From: Alphaproteobacteria bacterium
GTDB lineage: Bacteria > Pseudomonadota > Alphaproteobacteria > GCA-2746255
Assembly: GCA_965249135.1 (NCBI GenBank)
Contig: OZ252220.1
Span: 480,001-544,000, forward strand
Length of the DNA stretch: 64,000 bases
Direction: 5' to 3'
The translations under genes were made by a program, and so were the position numbers. The notes under the pieces are model-generated. The model saw only the letters and a program-made list of their open reading frames with translations. It searched no databases and had not been told where the DNA came from. Positions within the stretch are counted from its first letter, which is position 1. Each line of letters opens with the position of its first letter. Shown here piece after piece: positions 1 through 9,503 of this stretch.

Positions 1-717
1 GGCAACGATTGGGGGGTGTGCGACGCTCAGAACCCGAAGAACCGGCGCCGTAGGGCGTCGATCCTGGTGCGCGACGACGACACGACGCTGCTCGTCGACA
101 CTTCGCCGGATCTTCGCGAACAGCTCCTTACCGCCGGCGTCGATCGCTTGGATGGGGTCCTTTATACCCATGCCCATGCCGATCACATCCATGGAATCGA
201 CGACTTAAGGCCGGTGAATCGGGCGATGCAGGCCTGGATCCCGATCCATGCGGATCCCGAGACGCTGGCTGCGATCGAGGCGCGATTCGGCTACGTCTTC
301 GAGAAGATCCCCAAAGAATATGGCTATTTTAAGCCTTGCCTCACACCGAATGTCATTAAAGGCCCGTTCAAGATTGGAAACATTGACGTTTTACCGTTTG
401 AACAGGATCACGGCTTCGGCCGGACGACGCTCGGTTTTCGTTTCGGGGAAATCGCCTATTCGACGGACGTGGTGGAATTTCCGGAAGCCGCCTTCGAGGC
501 GCTTGCCGGCGTCAGGGTCTGGATCGTCGATTGCCTGCGCGATAAGGCGCATCCGACCCATTCCCATCTCGAGCGGACCCTTGCCTGGATCGAGCGGGTA
601 AACCCGGAACGCGCCGTGCTCACCCATATAAACCAGCATCTCGACTTTGAGACCCTGGCTCGGCGGCTGCCGAAGGGAGTCGAGCCGGCCTATGATGGCC
701 TGATTCTGGAAGGTTGA
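1..717 (+). CDS. MBL-fold metallo-hydrolase (PhnP-like), 5'-partial
   Basis: Frame open from base 1 (GNDWGVCD..NPKNRRRRASIL); THAHADHIHG metal motif; C-terminal LTH..H and PAYDG. Confidence 0.9.
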   Translation, partial: GNDWGVCDAQNPKNRRRRASILVRDDDTTLLVDTSPDLREQLLTAGVDRLDGVLYTHAHADHIHGIDDLRPVNRAMQAWIPIHADPETLAAIEARFGYVFEKIPKEYGYFKPCLTPNVIKGPFKIGNIDVLPFEQDHGFGRTTLGFRFGEIAYSTDVVEFPEAAFEALAGVRVWIVDCLRDKAHPTHSHLERTLAWIERVNPERAVLTHINQHLDFETLARRLPKGVEPAYDGLILEG

Positions 718-765
718 CTTTATTTGTCATAATAACTCTTATGCGATCTTTTCCATCCCACACGG

Positions 766-851
766 ACTGGCCTCCCCACTGGCCTCCCCACTGGCCTCCC
801 CACTGGCCTCCCCACTGGCCTCCCCACTGGCCTCCCCACTGGCCTCCCCAC
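766..851. repeat. Tandem repeat (ACTGGCCTCCCC) x7
   Basis: Seven exact 12-bp units 766-849 plus AC, intergenic upstream of mazG. Confidence 0.97.
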
Positions 852-883
852 CGGCTCAGACCTTCGAAAATGGGTCGGATGCC

Positions 884-1684
884 ATGAGCGGGATCGCTCG
901 CCTCCTTGAAATCATGCGCCGCCTTCGCGATCCGAAAGGCGGCTGTCCGTGGGACCGTGAGCAGGATTTTACCTCGATCGCGCCGTATACGATCGAGGAG
1001 GCCTATGAGGTGGCCGAGGCAATCGACAAAAACGACATGGCGACGTTGCGGGACGAGCTTGGCGACCTCCTCCTCCAGGTCGTCTACCACGCCCAGATGG
1101 CGGACGAATTGGACCATTTCACCTTCGCCGACGTCGCCGCCGGAATCAGTGAGAAGATGGTCCGGCGCCACCCCCACGTCTTCGGCGAGGCGGCCGTCGG
1201 CGATGCGAAGGCCCAGACGAAGGCCTGGGAGGCCGAGAAGGCGGCCGAACGTCGCGAAAAAAGGGGAGGCGGCGGCGAAGCGGGGGCAAGCGTGCTGGAA
1301 GGGGTGGCGAGGTCCCTCCCTGCCCTGCTTCGCGCCGAAAAACTTCAAAAACGAGCCGCCCGCGTCGGCTTCGATTGGCCGGAGCGCGAAGGGGTCTTCG
1401 CGAAGATCGCGGAAGAGACCGCCGAACTCAAGGCCGAGCTGGCAAAGGAAGCGCCTGAGCCTCGGGAAGAAATGGGCGATCTTCTCTTTGCCTGTGTGAA
1501 TCTCGCCCGCCATCTGGGCGTCGACGCGGAAGCGGCGCTGAGGGCCGCGAACGCGAAATTCGAGCGGCGATTTCGACGGATGGAGACGCTGCTCGAAGTG
1601 ACCGGGGAGGCCAGCGAAGGGGCGCCGCTCGAGCGGCTGGAAGTCCTTTGGGAACAGGCGAAGGCGGAAGAAAAGCGCGATTAA
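884..1684 (+). CDS. mazG: Nucleoside triphosphate pyrophosphohydrolase MazG
   Basis: LRDP..GCPWDREQ, IEEAYEV, ELGDLLLQV, RRHPHVF, second EEMGDLLF domain. Confidence 0.96.
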   Translation: MSGIARLLEIMRRLRDPKGGCPWDREQDFTSIAPYTIEEAYEVAEAIDKNDMATLRDELGDLLLQVVYHAQMADELDHFTFADVAAGISEKMVRRHPHVFGEAAVGDAKAQTKAWEAEKAAERREKRGGGGEAGASVLEGVARSLPALLRAEKLQKRAARVGFDWPEREGVFAKIAEETAELKAELAKEAPEPREEMGDLLFACVNLARHLGVDAEAALRAANAKFERRFRRMETLLEVTGEASEGAPLERLEVLWEQAKAEEKRD

Positions 1685-1740
1685 AGATTGAGCAACATTC
1701 TTTATTCTTTTTAGCCGTGGATTGGGTTTAACGACGTTAC

Positions 1741-2058
1741 CTACATTTCCATTTCCATCAATTCTGCAACTTTAAGTGTGCCACCGATTTCAAGAAATGG
1801 GCATGCCTTAGCCATATCAAGAGCAGAATCAAAGCTATCGGCTTTCACTATAGAAAAACCGGACATTGTATTAGACCCAACATCGTCTGATACACCAGTT
1901 GAACTTACGATCTTGGACATTCCCATTGGAGATCCGGGGTTAACTACAGCATCGCCCAGGTCTGCGACCCATGTTTTCCATTTCGCCATTTGTGTACTTC
2001 CCTCCTCAGGACTCTCAGGTTTTTTTCCACCGTGGTAGGCAATTATGTAATTGGACAT
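1741..2058 (-). CDS. YCII-related small protein (105 aa), low GC
   Basis: ATG 2058 preceded by AAAGAGGA; pattern M.KW..W...LG..VV..G.P ... SGFSIVKADS.D.A..MAK.CPFL..GG...V.E resembles YCII-like family. Confidence 0.7.
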   Translation of the reverse strand: MSNYIIAYHGGKKPESPEEGSTQMAKWKTWVADLGDAVVNPGSPMGMSKIVSSTGVSDDVGSNTMSGFSIVKADSFDSALDMAKACPFLEIGGTLKVAELMEMEM

Positions 2059-2080
2059 AGATTGAATCCTCTTTCTTAGT

Positions 2081-3345
2081 TTAGCCGTCCGGATTCTCGA
2101 AGCGGGCGGCATCCTTCGGTGCCAGCCGCACCCGAAAATGGGCAAAGGCCTCGTCATCTTTCCGTCCCATCACCTCGCCATGGCGGTAAAGCCAAGCGAT
2201 TCGCGCCCCTTCGGCAAGCGGCACGGAAACCTCGAGTACGGCAAGCCCCGCAGTAAGCCGCGCATCCAGAAGGGCGAACAGGCCCGCAACCCCTTCCCCA
2301 CTCACCGCCGATACGAGCACCTGGTCCGGATCGCGCCGGGCGCGGTTTTCGATGGTTTCGCGCTCCTCGGGCGCCAACAGATCCGCCTTGTTCAACACCT
2401 CGATGACGTCCTCTTCGATCCGCTCGCCAATCTCGAGCTCGCAGAGCACCTGGTGGACGTCCTGGCGTTGGGCGGCGCTGTCCGGATGGGCGATGTCCCG
2501 GACGTGAAGGATGAGGTCCGCCTCCCGCACCTCCTCGAGAGTGGCCCGGAAGGCGGCGACGAGGTCCGTCGGCAGTTCCGAGATGAAGCCTACGGTATCC
2601 GAAAGAATCACGCGGCGGCCCGAGGGCAGTTCGATCCCCCGCATCAACGGGTCCAGCGTCGCAAAGAGCATGTCCTCGGCGAACACGTCCGCACCGGTGA
2701 GCCGGTTGAAAAGAGTCGATTTCCCTGCGTTCGTGTAGCCGACCAAGGCGATGACCGAGTACGGCACACGTTGCCTGGCTCGGCGATGAAGCGTACGGGT
2801 CCGCACCACCTGGCCGAGCTCGCGCTTGAGCCGGGTGATCCGTTGGCCAAGGATGCGGCGGTCCGTCTCGATCTGCGCCTCACCCGGGCCGCCCAGGAAG
2901 CCGTAACCACCGCGCTGCCGCTCCAGGTGGGTCCAGGAGCGCACGAGCCGGCTGCGCTGATAGGAAAGATGGGCCAGTTCCACCTGCAGCCGGCCTTCCC
3001 GGCTTCTGGCCCGTTCACCGAAGATTTCAAGGATAAGGCCGGTGCGGTCGATTACCTTGCAGTTCCAGGCGCGTTCCAGGTTGCGCTGCTGAACCGGACT
3101 CAAAGGGTGGTCGATGACGACCAGTTCCACCGCCTCGCCCGTCATCTGCCCGTGAAGACGCTCGACGGTTCCCTTGCCGAAGAGGGTCGCCGGAACCGGG
3201 CGTGCGAGCGCCAGGGTTTCCGCTGAGACGACGTCCAGCCCGATGGCCTCCGCCAGGTTGACGGCTTCTTCAAGCCGGGCCGAGGCCAGGCGAAGGAACG
3301 CGTGGCCGTTTCCTTTCGGAAAAGGATAAAGAACGCCGGTGCGCG
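2081..3345 (-). CDS. hflX: GTPase HflX (start position uncertain)
   Basis: GYTNAGKS, LFATLD, DTVGF, NKAD motifs; HflX-like N-terminus (LEEAVNLAEAIGLDVV, ATLFGKG) continues upstream of the ORF-track ATG at 3145; frame open to 3469. Confidence 0.93.
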
Positions 3346-3386
3346 CGGCCGTCTTGCCGCCCCCGGGAGAGCGACCTTGCGATCCG

Positions 3387-3665
3387 TTATTCTTCTTCGC
3401 TGACTTCTTCTTCGGTGGCCTCGACGTTTTCCTTATCCCCTTCGAATAGCTGAATCGGGCCGGCCGGCATTATCGTCGAAATGGCATGCTTGTAGATCAG
3501 CTGCACGTGGTTGTTTCGACGAAGCAACACACAAAAATTGTCGAACCAAGCGACGACCCCCTGAAGCTTTACGCCGTTGACCAAAAAGACGGTAACGTGA
3601 ACCTTGTTCTTCCGAATGCTGTTTAAGAAAACATCCTGAACATTTTGTGATTTTTCTGTCGTCAT
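3387..3665 (-). CDS. hfq: RNA chaperone Hfq
   Basis: [27 protein letters not shown]. Confidence 0.98.
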   Translation of the reverse strand: MTTEKSQNVQDVFLNSIRKNKVHVTVFLVNGVKLQGVVAWFDNFCVLLRRNNHVQLIYKHAISTIMPAGPIQLFEGDKENVEATEEEVSEEE

Positions 3666-3711
3666 TTTGTTACGTCCTTATTTTTTTATTATTCTCGCTT
3701 GTTATTGCCCC

Positions 3712-4383
3712 CTACCGCTCATCCGCACACGCGCTGATAAAAGGCGGAAGATCCTTGCACGTATCCACAAACCAATCGGGGGCAAGGTCCCCATACGCTT
3801 CTCTATCGGCAAGGGAGTTGTTCATGACAACGGCGGTTCCTCCGGCATTGCGCGCGAATTGTACGTCGATCGGAAGATCGCCGATGACCCAAAGCTCGGG
3901 CCCCAGTTCGATATCCGTGCCATGGATCGCAAAGAGCGCCGCTTCCTTTGCCGGCTTGTCCTTTTCCGCCTCCCCTGCCCCGACGATGCCGGGTAGGTAC
4001 GCTTCCCAGCCGAGATGAGCGATTTCCTCGCGTAGCATCGGCCCCACCTTGCTGCTGGCGACGCCCATGAAAATCCGCATGCCGTGAAGCGTTTCGAGCA
4101 TTTCTTCGGCTCCCGGCAAGACTTTCAGGGCCCCCACATGTCCTTCCATGAAGGCTGCATAGAAGACGTCATGGGCCTCGTGCCAACGATCGCCAAACAG
4201 TTCGGGGAAAGCGTCTCGAAGGGATCGATTCATCCGGCGCTGGGCCTCTTCCATCGTCCAGGGTTCGTGGCCCATTGCAACGAGTGTGGCATTCATCGCC
4301 CGATGCATCCCCTCCCAGCTATCCACGAGCGTATTGTCCCAATCAAACAGAATCGCCCGTGGAAAAGGCGGCTTTTCTTTCAT
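3712..4383 (-). CDS. HAD-superfamily hydrolase (phosphoglycolate phosphatase-like)
   Basis: FDWDNTL motif I, KP, IGD...D; AAGGAG RBS. Confidence 0.88.
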   Translation of the reverse strand: MKEKPPFPRAILFDWDNTLVDSWEGMHRAMNATLVAMGHEPWTMEEAQRRMNRSLRDAFPELFGDRWHEAHDVFYAAFMEGHVGALKVLPGAEEMLETLHGMRIFMGVASSKVGPMLREEIAHLGWEAYLPGIVGAGEAEKDKPAKEAALFAIHGTDIELGPELWVIGDLPIDVQFARNAGGTAVVMNNSLADREAYGDLAPDWFVDTCKDLPPFISACADER

Positions 4384-5254
4384 CTGGCTTTTTTCTCCTT
4401 TTCTTATTCGCTTTCAGTTTCTTCAAGTACCGCTGAAAGAGCCGGTTCGTTATCTTGCCAGGTTTACCGCCACCTATGACTGTATCATCTATTTTGAGGA
4501 CCGGTAGCAAGAAGGAAGTCGTGCTTGTGAGAAAGGCTTCGCCTGCGTCCTTGGCCTCTTCCAAATGAAAGGGGCGCTCTTCGACCGATATTCCCGCCTC
4601 CTCGGCGGCTTTCAAAATGCCTTCCCGGGTAACGCCGCTTAAGATCGATCGGTTCGCATGCCGGGTGATCAGCACGCCTTTCTTCGTCACGATCCACGCA
4701 TTTGTGGCGCTTCCTTCCGTGATGAAGCCATCCTCATCCATCAGCCACGCCTCGAACGCGCCTGCTTCCCGCGCTCGCTGCTTGGCAAGAACATTCGGCA
4801 GCAAGGCAATCGTCTTGATGTCGCAACGCTTCCACCGAATGTCGGGAAGCGTTACCACATGCACGCCGGCCCGGAGCGCGTCCGGCGGCGGCAGGGTGGC
4901 TGGCCGTGCCGTCACCACCAGTGTCGTCGCCCCCTTCGTCGGGAAAGGATGGTCGCGTCGCGCCACGCCACGCGTCATTTGTAGATAGAGGATGCCGTCG
5001 CGAATGCGGTTCCGCCGGATCACTTCACGAAGCACGGCCCGAAGCGGTGGCCGCGCCATGGCGCTTTTCATGTGAAGCTCGCTTAAGGACCGCTCCAGCC
5101 GGTCGAGATGGGGCTCCTCGTCCATCGGCTGCCCGTCGATCACGGCCATCACCTCATAGACCCCGTCGGCGAATTGGTAGCCGCGGTCTTCGATATGCAC
5201 ACTGGCCCGGTGATGGGAGACATATCGGCCATTCACGTAGGCGATGCGGGACAT
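4343..5254 (-). CDS. dat: D-amino-acid transaminase (class IV aminotransferase)
   Basis: DRGYQFADGVYEV, RCDIKT, TEGSATN, LSGVTR, EAFLTSTT. Confidence 0.9.
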   Translation of the reverse strand: MSRIAYVNGRYVSHHRASVHIEDRGYQFADGVYEVMAVIDGQPMDEEPHLDRLERSLSELHMKSAMARPPLRAVLREVIRRNRIRDGILYLQMTRGVARRDHPFPTKGATTLVVTARPATLPPPDALRAGVHVVTLPDIRWKRCDIKTIALLPNVLAKQRAREAGAFEAWLMDEDGFITEGSATNAWIVTKKGVLITRHANRSILSGVTREGILKAAEEAGISVEERPFHLEEAKDAGEAFLTSTTSFLLPVLKIDDTVIGGGKPGKITNRLFQRYLKKLKANKKRRKKPDERKAAFSTGDSV

Positions 5255-5303
5255 CGGTCACATTCACACTTTAAAAGTTAAAGTTCGGTTTTTTTAAAGC
5301 CGC

Positions 5304-6680
5304 CTAGAAAAATTCCAATCCTACGGAAAACATCTTCTCGACCTTCTTTACGGCACCGGCAACGGCGAAAAGGATAACCCGATCGCCAGTCAGGACGGTC
5401 GTGCCACCGCGTGGGATGATCACCTCATCGTCGCGGACAATGGCTCCGATTATGATTCCGTCCGGCAGGTCGACCTCACGCAGCGGCTTGCCGACCAGGC
5501 TCGAGGTCTCGAGCGCGTCCGCCTCGATGATTTCACCTGCGCCTTCGTGGATGCTATGGACCCCACGGATCCGGCCGCGCCGCACGTGTTGGAGAATGGA
5601 CGAGACCGTAATCAGGCGGGGACTCACGACGGTATCGATGCCCAACCAGCCGACAAGCGTTGCATAGGTCTCATTGTTCACAATCGTGATGATCCGCGGG
5701 CAGCCCTGTCGCTTGGCAAGGAGGGAGCCGAGGATATTCACCTCGTCGTTGTTCGTTACCGCAACGACCACTTCAGCCGCGCGTACGTTCATCTCATCAA
5801 GAAGTTGAAGATCGAGCGCATCCCCATGCAGGACGACCGTCCGGTCGAGCCTTTCGGCAAGCAGTTCGGCGCGGTGGCGGTCGAACTCGATCAGCTTCGG
5901 GTGCATGTCGGGGTGCTTTTCTTCGATTTCCTTGGCAAGGAAGATCCCGACATTGCCGCCGCCGATAATGCCTATGCGCCGGGCTTCCGGCTCCTCATGC
6001 CCGAAGCCCGCCATGGCGCGTGTCACATGGGTGGACTCGGCGATGAAATAGACATCGTCTCCAGGCAGCATCTGATCATCCCCGCCCGGAATGATCAGCT
6101 CGTCGTTTCGCACGATGCCGACCAGCGTGATGTGAAGGTCCGGGAAGAGTTCCGTAAGCTGGAGAATGCGCGTGTTCACCACCGGGCAATCCTCCAGGCA
6201 ATGAAGCCCGATCAACTTCACCTTTCCATCTGCCAACGGGATGACGTCGAAGGCGCCCGGCACCTCGAGACGACGTGCGATGGCACGCGCAACTTCAATC
6301 TCCGGCGAAATGATGACGTCGATCGGTAGATGATCGCGACTGAACAGATCGGCCCATTCCGGTTTCAAATAATTTTGTTCGCGAATGCGGGCGATCTTCA
6401 ATGGCGCGTTGAACAGGGAATGGGCAATCTGACAGGCCACCATGTTGATTTCATCTTCGCGCGTCACGGCGATCAACATGTCCGCGTCCCGCATTCCGGC
6501 CTGCTCAAGGACATCCGGATGCGAGGCGAAGCCGACGAGCGCCTGAACGTCAAGAACCGACGCGACCCGGTTGATCCGACTCGGCTCCTGATCGACGATC
6601 GTTACGTCGTTACCTTCTGCCGACAACTGGCGGGCGATGTTGAATCCCACCTGTCCGGCGCCACATATGACAACTTTCAT
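5304..6680 (-). CDS. trkA: Trk system potassium uptake protein TrkA
   Basis: Two RCK modules (GAGQVG, GGGNVG), 458 aa. Confidence 0.96.
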   Translation of the reverse strand: MKVVICGAGQVGFNIARQLSAEGNDVTIVDQEPSRINRVASVLDVQALVGFASHPDVLEQAGMRDADMLIAVTREDEINMVACQIAHSLFNAPLKIARIREQNYLKPEWADLFSRDHLPIDVIISPEIEVARAIARRLEVPGAFDVIPLADGKVKLIGLHCLEDCPVVNTRILQLTELFPDLHITLVGIVRNDELIIPGGDDQMLPGDDVYFIAESTHVTRAMAGFGHEEPEARRIGIIGGGNVGIFLAKEIEEKHPDMHPKLIEFDRHRAELLAERLDRTVVLHGDALDLQLLDEMNVRAAEVVVAVTNNDEVNILGSLLAKRQGCPRIITIVNNETYATLVGWLGIDTVVSPRLITVSSILQHVRRGRIRGVHSIHEGAGEIIEADALETSSLVGKPLREVDLPDGIIIGAIVRDDEVIIPRGGTTVLTGDRVILFAVAGAVKKVEKMFSVGLEFF

Positions 6681-6762
6681 GTTTCGAAGGGTGTCCTAAA
6701 ATTTCCCCGGGCACGAGAGTTCGCGCAAAGGAAAGAGGCCGGAGACCGGCTTCCCGACGGCG

Positions 6763-8202
6763 TTATTTTAGGCCGCGAATGACCGGAATGTCCAACTCGC
6801 GGATTTTCTTGCGGAGCGTATTCCGGTTGAGTCCCAAGATCTCTGCCGCCTTGACTTGATTCCCCCGCGTCGCGGCAAGGGTGAAGGCGAGAAGCGGTTT
6901 TTCCACTTCGCGAATGACATGTTCGTAAAGGCCGGGCGGCAGTTCGTCCGGCTGTGCGCCGAAGGCATGCCTTAGGTGACGCTCGACGGCAACGCCCAAC
7001 CCCTCGCCGTTGAGCGGGACGGCCAAGCCTTGCGGGCGCAATTCGGAAAATTCGGATTCGATGACGTCGAGGCCGATGACTTCCTGGGAATAAAGCCCCG
7101 CAAGTCGGCGAGCCAGGTTTTCCAACTCGCGGACGTTGCCCGGCCAGGCATATGCCTTCAACCGTTCCATCGCGTCCGGCTCCAGCGTCTTCATGGGCAG
7201 ACCTTCCGATCCGGCCTGGGACAGGAAGTGACGGACAAGGGCCGGTATGTCCTCAACCCGCTCGCGAAGCGGCGGCAGGCGCATCGGAACGACGTTCAGG
7301 CGGTAAAAAAGATCTTCCCGGAAGAGTCTCTGATTCACGAGCTGCTGCAGGTTGCGGTGCGTTGCGGCAATGATTCGGACGTTCGCCCGGATCGGTGTCT
7401 GCCCACCCACCGTCGTAAACTCACCTTCCTGCAGGACCCGCAGAAGCCGGGTTTGCGCTTCAAGCGGCATGTCCCCGATCTCGTCGAGGAAAAGCGTACC
7501 CCCTTCCGCCTGTTCGAAGCGCCCGGTGTGGCGGCTGGCGGCGCCGGTGAACGCGCCTTTCTCATGACCGAAAAGCTCGCTTTCGATCAATTCCTTCGGG
7601 ATAGCCGCCATGTTGATGGCGAGGAACGGCGCGTTCCGGCGTTTGCCAAAATCATGGAGCGCGCGCGCGACAAGTTCCTTGCCCGTTCCCGATTCGCCCG
7701 AGATCATGACGGTCAGGTCCGTCCCCATGAGACGGGCCAGAACCCGGTAGATCTCCTGCATCGCCGGTGAACGCCCGATAAGAGGGAGCTGCTCTTCCGT
7801 TTCCACGCCGTCGGCTGAGGAAGTCGTGCGGGCATCGGAAACGGTGAGTGCGCGTTCGACGGCGTTCACGAGTTCCTTGAGATCGAATGGTTTCGGTAGG
7901 TATTCGAAGGCGCCGCGTTCCGTGGCCCGAACGGCGGTCATCAACGTGTTCTGGGCGCTCATGACGATGACGCGAAGGTTGGATCGGAGTTTCTTGATCC
8001 GCGGGATGAGATCGAGGCCGTTCTCGTCCGGCAGAATCACATCCGTAATGACGAGCTCTCCTTCCCCATTGCTGACCCACTTCCAAAGCGTTGCAGCATT
8101 GCCCGTCGAACGCACCTCGTGCCCCTGACGGTTCAGCGCCTCTTCGATAACAAGCCGGATCGCGCGATCGTCATCGGCAAGAAGGATCGTGGAATTCGTC
8201 AT
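6763..8202 (-). CDS. ntrC: Nitrogen regulation response regulator NtrC
   Basis: REC domain + [22 protein letters not shown] + Fis-type HTH ([20 protein letters not shown]). Confidence 0.96.
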   Translation of the reverse strand: MTNSTILLADDDRAIRLVIEEALNRQGHEVRSTGNAATLWKWVSNGEGELVITDVILPDENGLDLIPRIKKLRSNLRVIVMSAQNTLMTAVRATERGAFEYLPKPFDLKELVNAVERALTVSDARTTSSADGVETEEQLPLIGRSPAMQEIYRVLARLMGTDLTVMISGESGTGKELVARALHDFGKRRNAPFLAINMAAIPKELIESELFGHEKGAFTGAASRHTGRFEQAEGGTLFLDEIGDMPLEAQTRLLRVLQEGEFTTVGGQTPIRANVRIIAATHRNLQQLVNQRLFREDLFYRLNVVPMRLPPLRERVEDIPALVRHFLSQAGSEGLPMKTLEPDAMERLKAYAWPGNVRELENLARRLAGLYSQEVIGLDVIESEFSELRPQGLAVPLNGEGLGVAVERHLRHAFGAQPDELPPGLYEHVIREVEKPLLAFTLAATRGNQVKAAEILGLNRNTLRKKIRELDIPVIRGLK

Positions 8203-9320
8203 GGGTCTTCCTTCCTTTCATGATCGATTGGCAGCATGACACGGAAGACCGTGCGGTTTGGCTCGCTGTCGAACTCGATGACACCACTGTGGTCATCGAT
8301 GATCTTGGCAACGAGGGCAAGGCCAAGGCCGGTGCCGTTGACCTTCGCCGTGACGAAGGGATCAAAAAGATGCGGGCGGATCTCATCCGGAATGCCCGTC
8401 CCGTTATCCCGAATGCTGACCACAAGCGGCAGCAGCACGCGATGGCTGCCGTTGGGACTGCCAAGCCGCATGCCATGTTGGTAGGCGGTCGTGAACACGA
8501 TCTCGCCATTCGCACTGGGCACCGCCTCGGCGGCGTTCTTCACCAGGTTCAGAAATACCTGGATCAACTGGTCGCGATTGCCGGAAACCGGGGGCAGCGA
8601 GGGATCGTACTGCTCGACGAAACGAAGGTGACGGGCGAACCCGTTTTGCGCGATTTCCCGGACACGATCGAGCACGAGGTGGATATTGACCGGACCCCGT
8701 TCGATGGGCAGACCGTTCGAAAAGACTTCCATCCGATTGACCAGCGTGCAGATGCGGTCCGTCTCGTCGCAGATGAGGCGCGTTAAGGCCCGGTCTTCCG
8801 CCTTGGCGTTCTGTTCCAGAAGCTGGGCCGCCCCGCGAATGCCCGACAGCGGGTTCTTCACCTCATGGGCCAGCATGGCGGCCATCGCGGTTACGGAACG
8901 CGCGGCACCCTTATGAACGAGCTGGCGGTCGATCTTCTCGGCGATGGTGCGCTCATGAATGGAAAGCAGAAGATGGTCTTCCCGGTCCGCAACGGGAGCA
9001 ATCTGTACCGCCACGAGTCGCGGCGCAAAGCGCGGGCCGCTTAAGTTGAGCCCATATTCGAAAATACTGCTTCCCCCTTCACGCACTTGCCGGATCAGCG
9101 TGAACAGCGGGCTGTCCGACGGCAACAACTGACCTAAGGAGCGTCCATAGAGATAGGTTTCGCTCGCCTCGAAGAACTGTTCGGCGGGCGGGTTCGCAAA
9201 CCGGACTTCGTTTTCCGGTCCGATCACGAGCAGCGGATTGGGAAGGCTCGCCAGCACCTTCTCCATCTCCAATGCGCCCCCCGTCTCGTTTCGCTCCAGC
9301 CGGGAAATGGGTTCCGCCAT
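8199..9320 (-). CDS. ntrB: Nitrogen regulation sensor kinase NtrB
   Basis: PAS + [20 protein letters not shown]-box, N/G boxes; likely ATG at 9320; 4-nt overlap with ntrC. Confidence 0.95.
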   Translation of the reverse strand: MAEPISRLERNETGGALEMEKVLASLPNPLLVIGPENEVRFANPPAEQFFEASETYLYGRSLGQLLPSDSPLFTLIRQVREGGSSIFEYGLNLSGPRFAPRLVAVQIAPVADREDHLLLSIHERTIAEKIDRQLVHKGAARSVTAMAAMLAHEVKNPLSGIRGAAQLLEQNAKAEDRALTRLICDETDRICTLVNRMEVFSNGLPIERGPVNIHLVLDRVREIAQNGFARHLRFVEQYDPSLPPVSGNRDQLIQVFLNLVKNAAEAVPSANGEIVFTTAYQHGMRLGSPNGSHRVLLPLVVSIRDNGTGIPDEIRPHLFDPFVTAKVNGTGLGLALVAKIIDDHSGVIEFDSEPNRTVFRVMLPIDHERKEDP

Positions 9321-9372
9321 GCTCTTGAAAGCTTTTGAAATTCTTAATGTTTTACGATCTGGTCGATGAATA

Positions 9373-9416
9373 TGAATAGATTTTAGGCAGATTAAAAGCT
9401 GCATAATTATTATGCA
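9373..9416. promoter_or_regulatory. Putative tandem NtrC binding sites
   Basis: Perfect dyad TGCATAATTATTATGCA (9400-9416) and weaker TGAATAGATTTTAGGCA (9373-9389), TGCA-N9-TGCA geometry, upstream of ntrB. Confidence 0.7.
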
Positions 9417-9503
9417 AGCAGGATTCGCCCGGCCCCCTTGGCAAGGCGGTGGCTCACGTCTAGGTTGACGCGATTCCGTCCTTAAGGGAGAACACGCAAG
9501 GTT

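Noticed and set aside
766-851. CRISPR array
   Set aside because: 12-bp head-to-tail units with no spacers and no cas genes in the window
620-1513. Minus-strand ORF with (QWGG)n repeat
   Set aside because: Antisense shadow of mazG running through the DNA repeat; no independent coding evidence
4343-4383. 41-nt dat/HAD overlap with a Lys/Arg-rich tail as a frameshift
   Set aside because: Both catalytic domains are complete and no duplication or clear indel is visible; likely ordinary stop-codon drift
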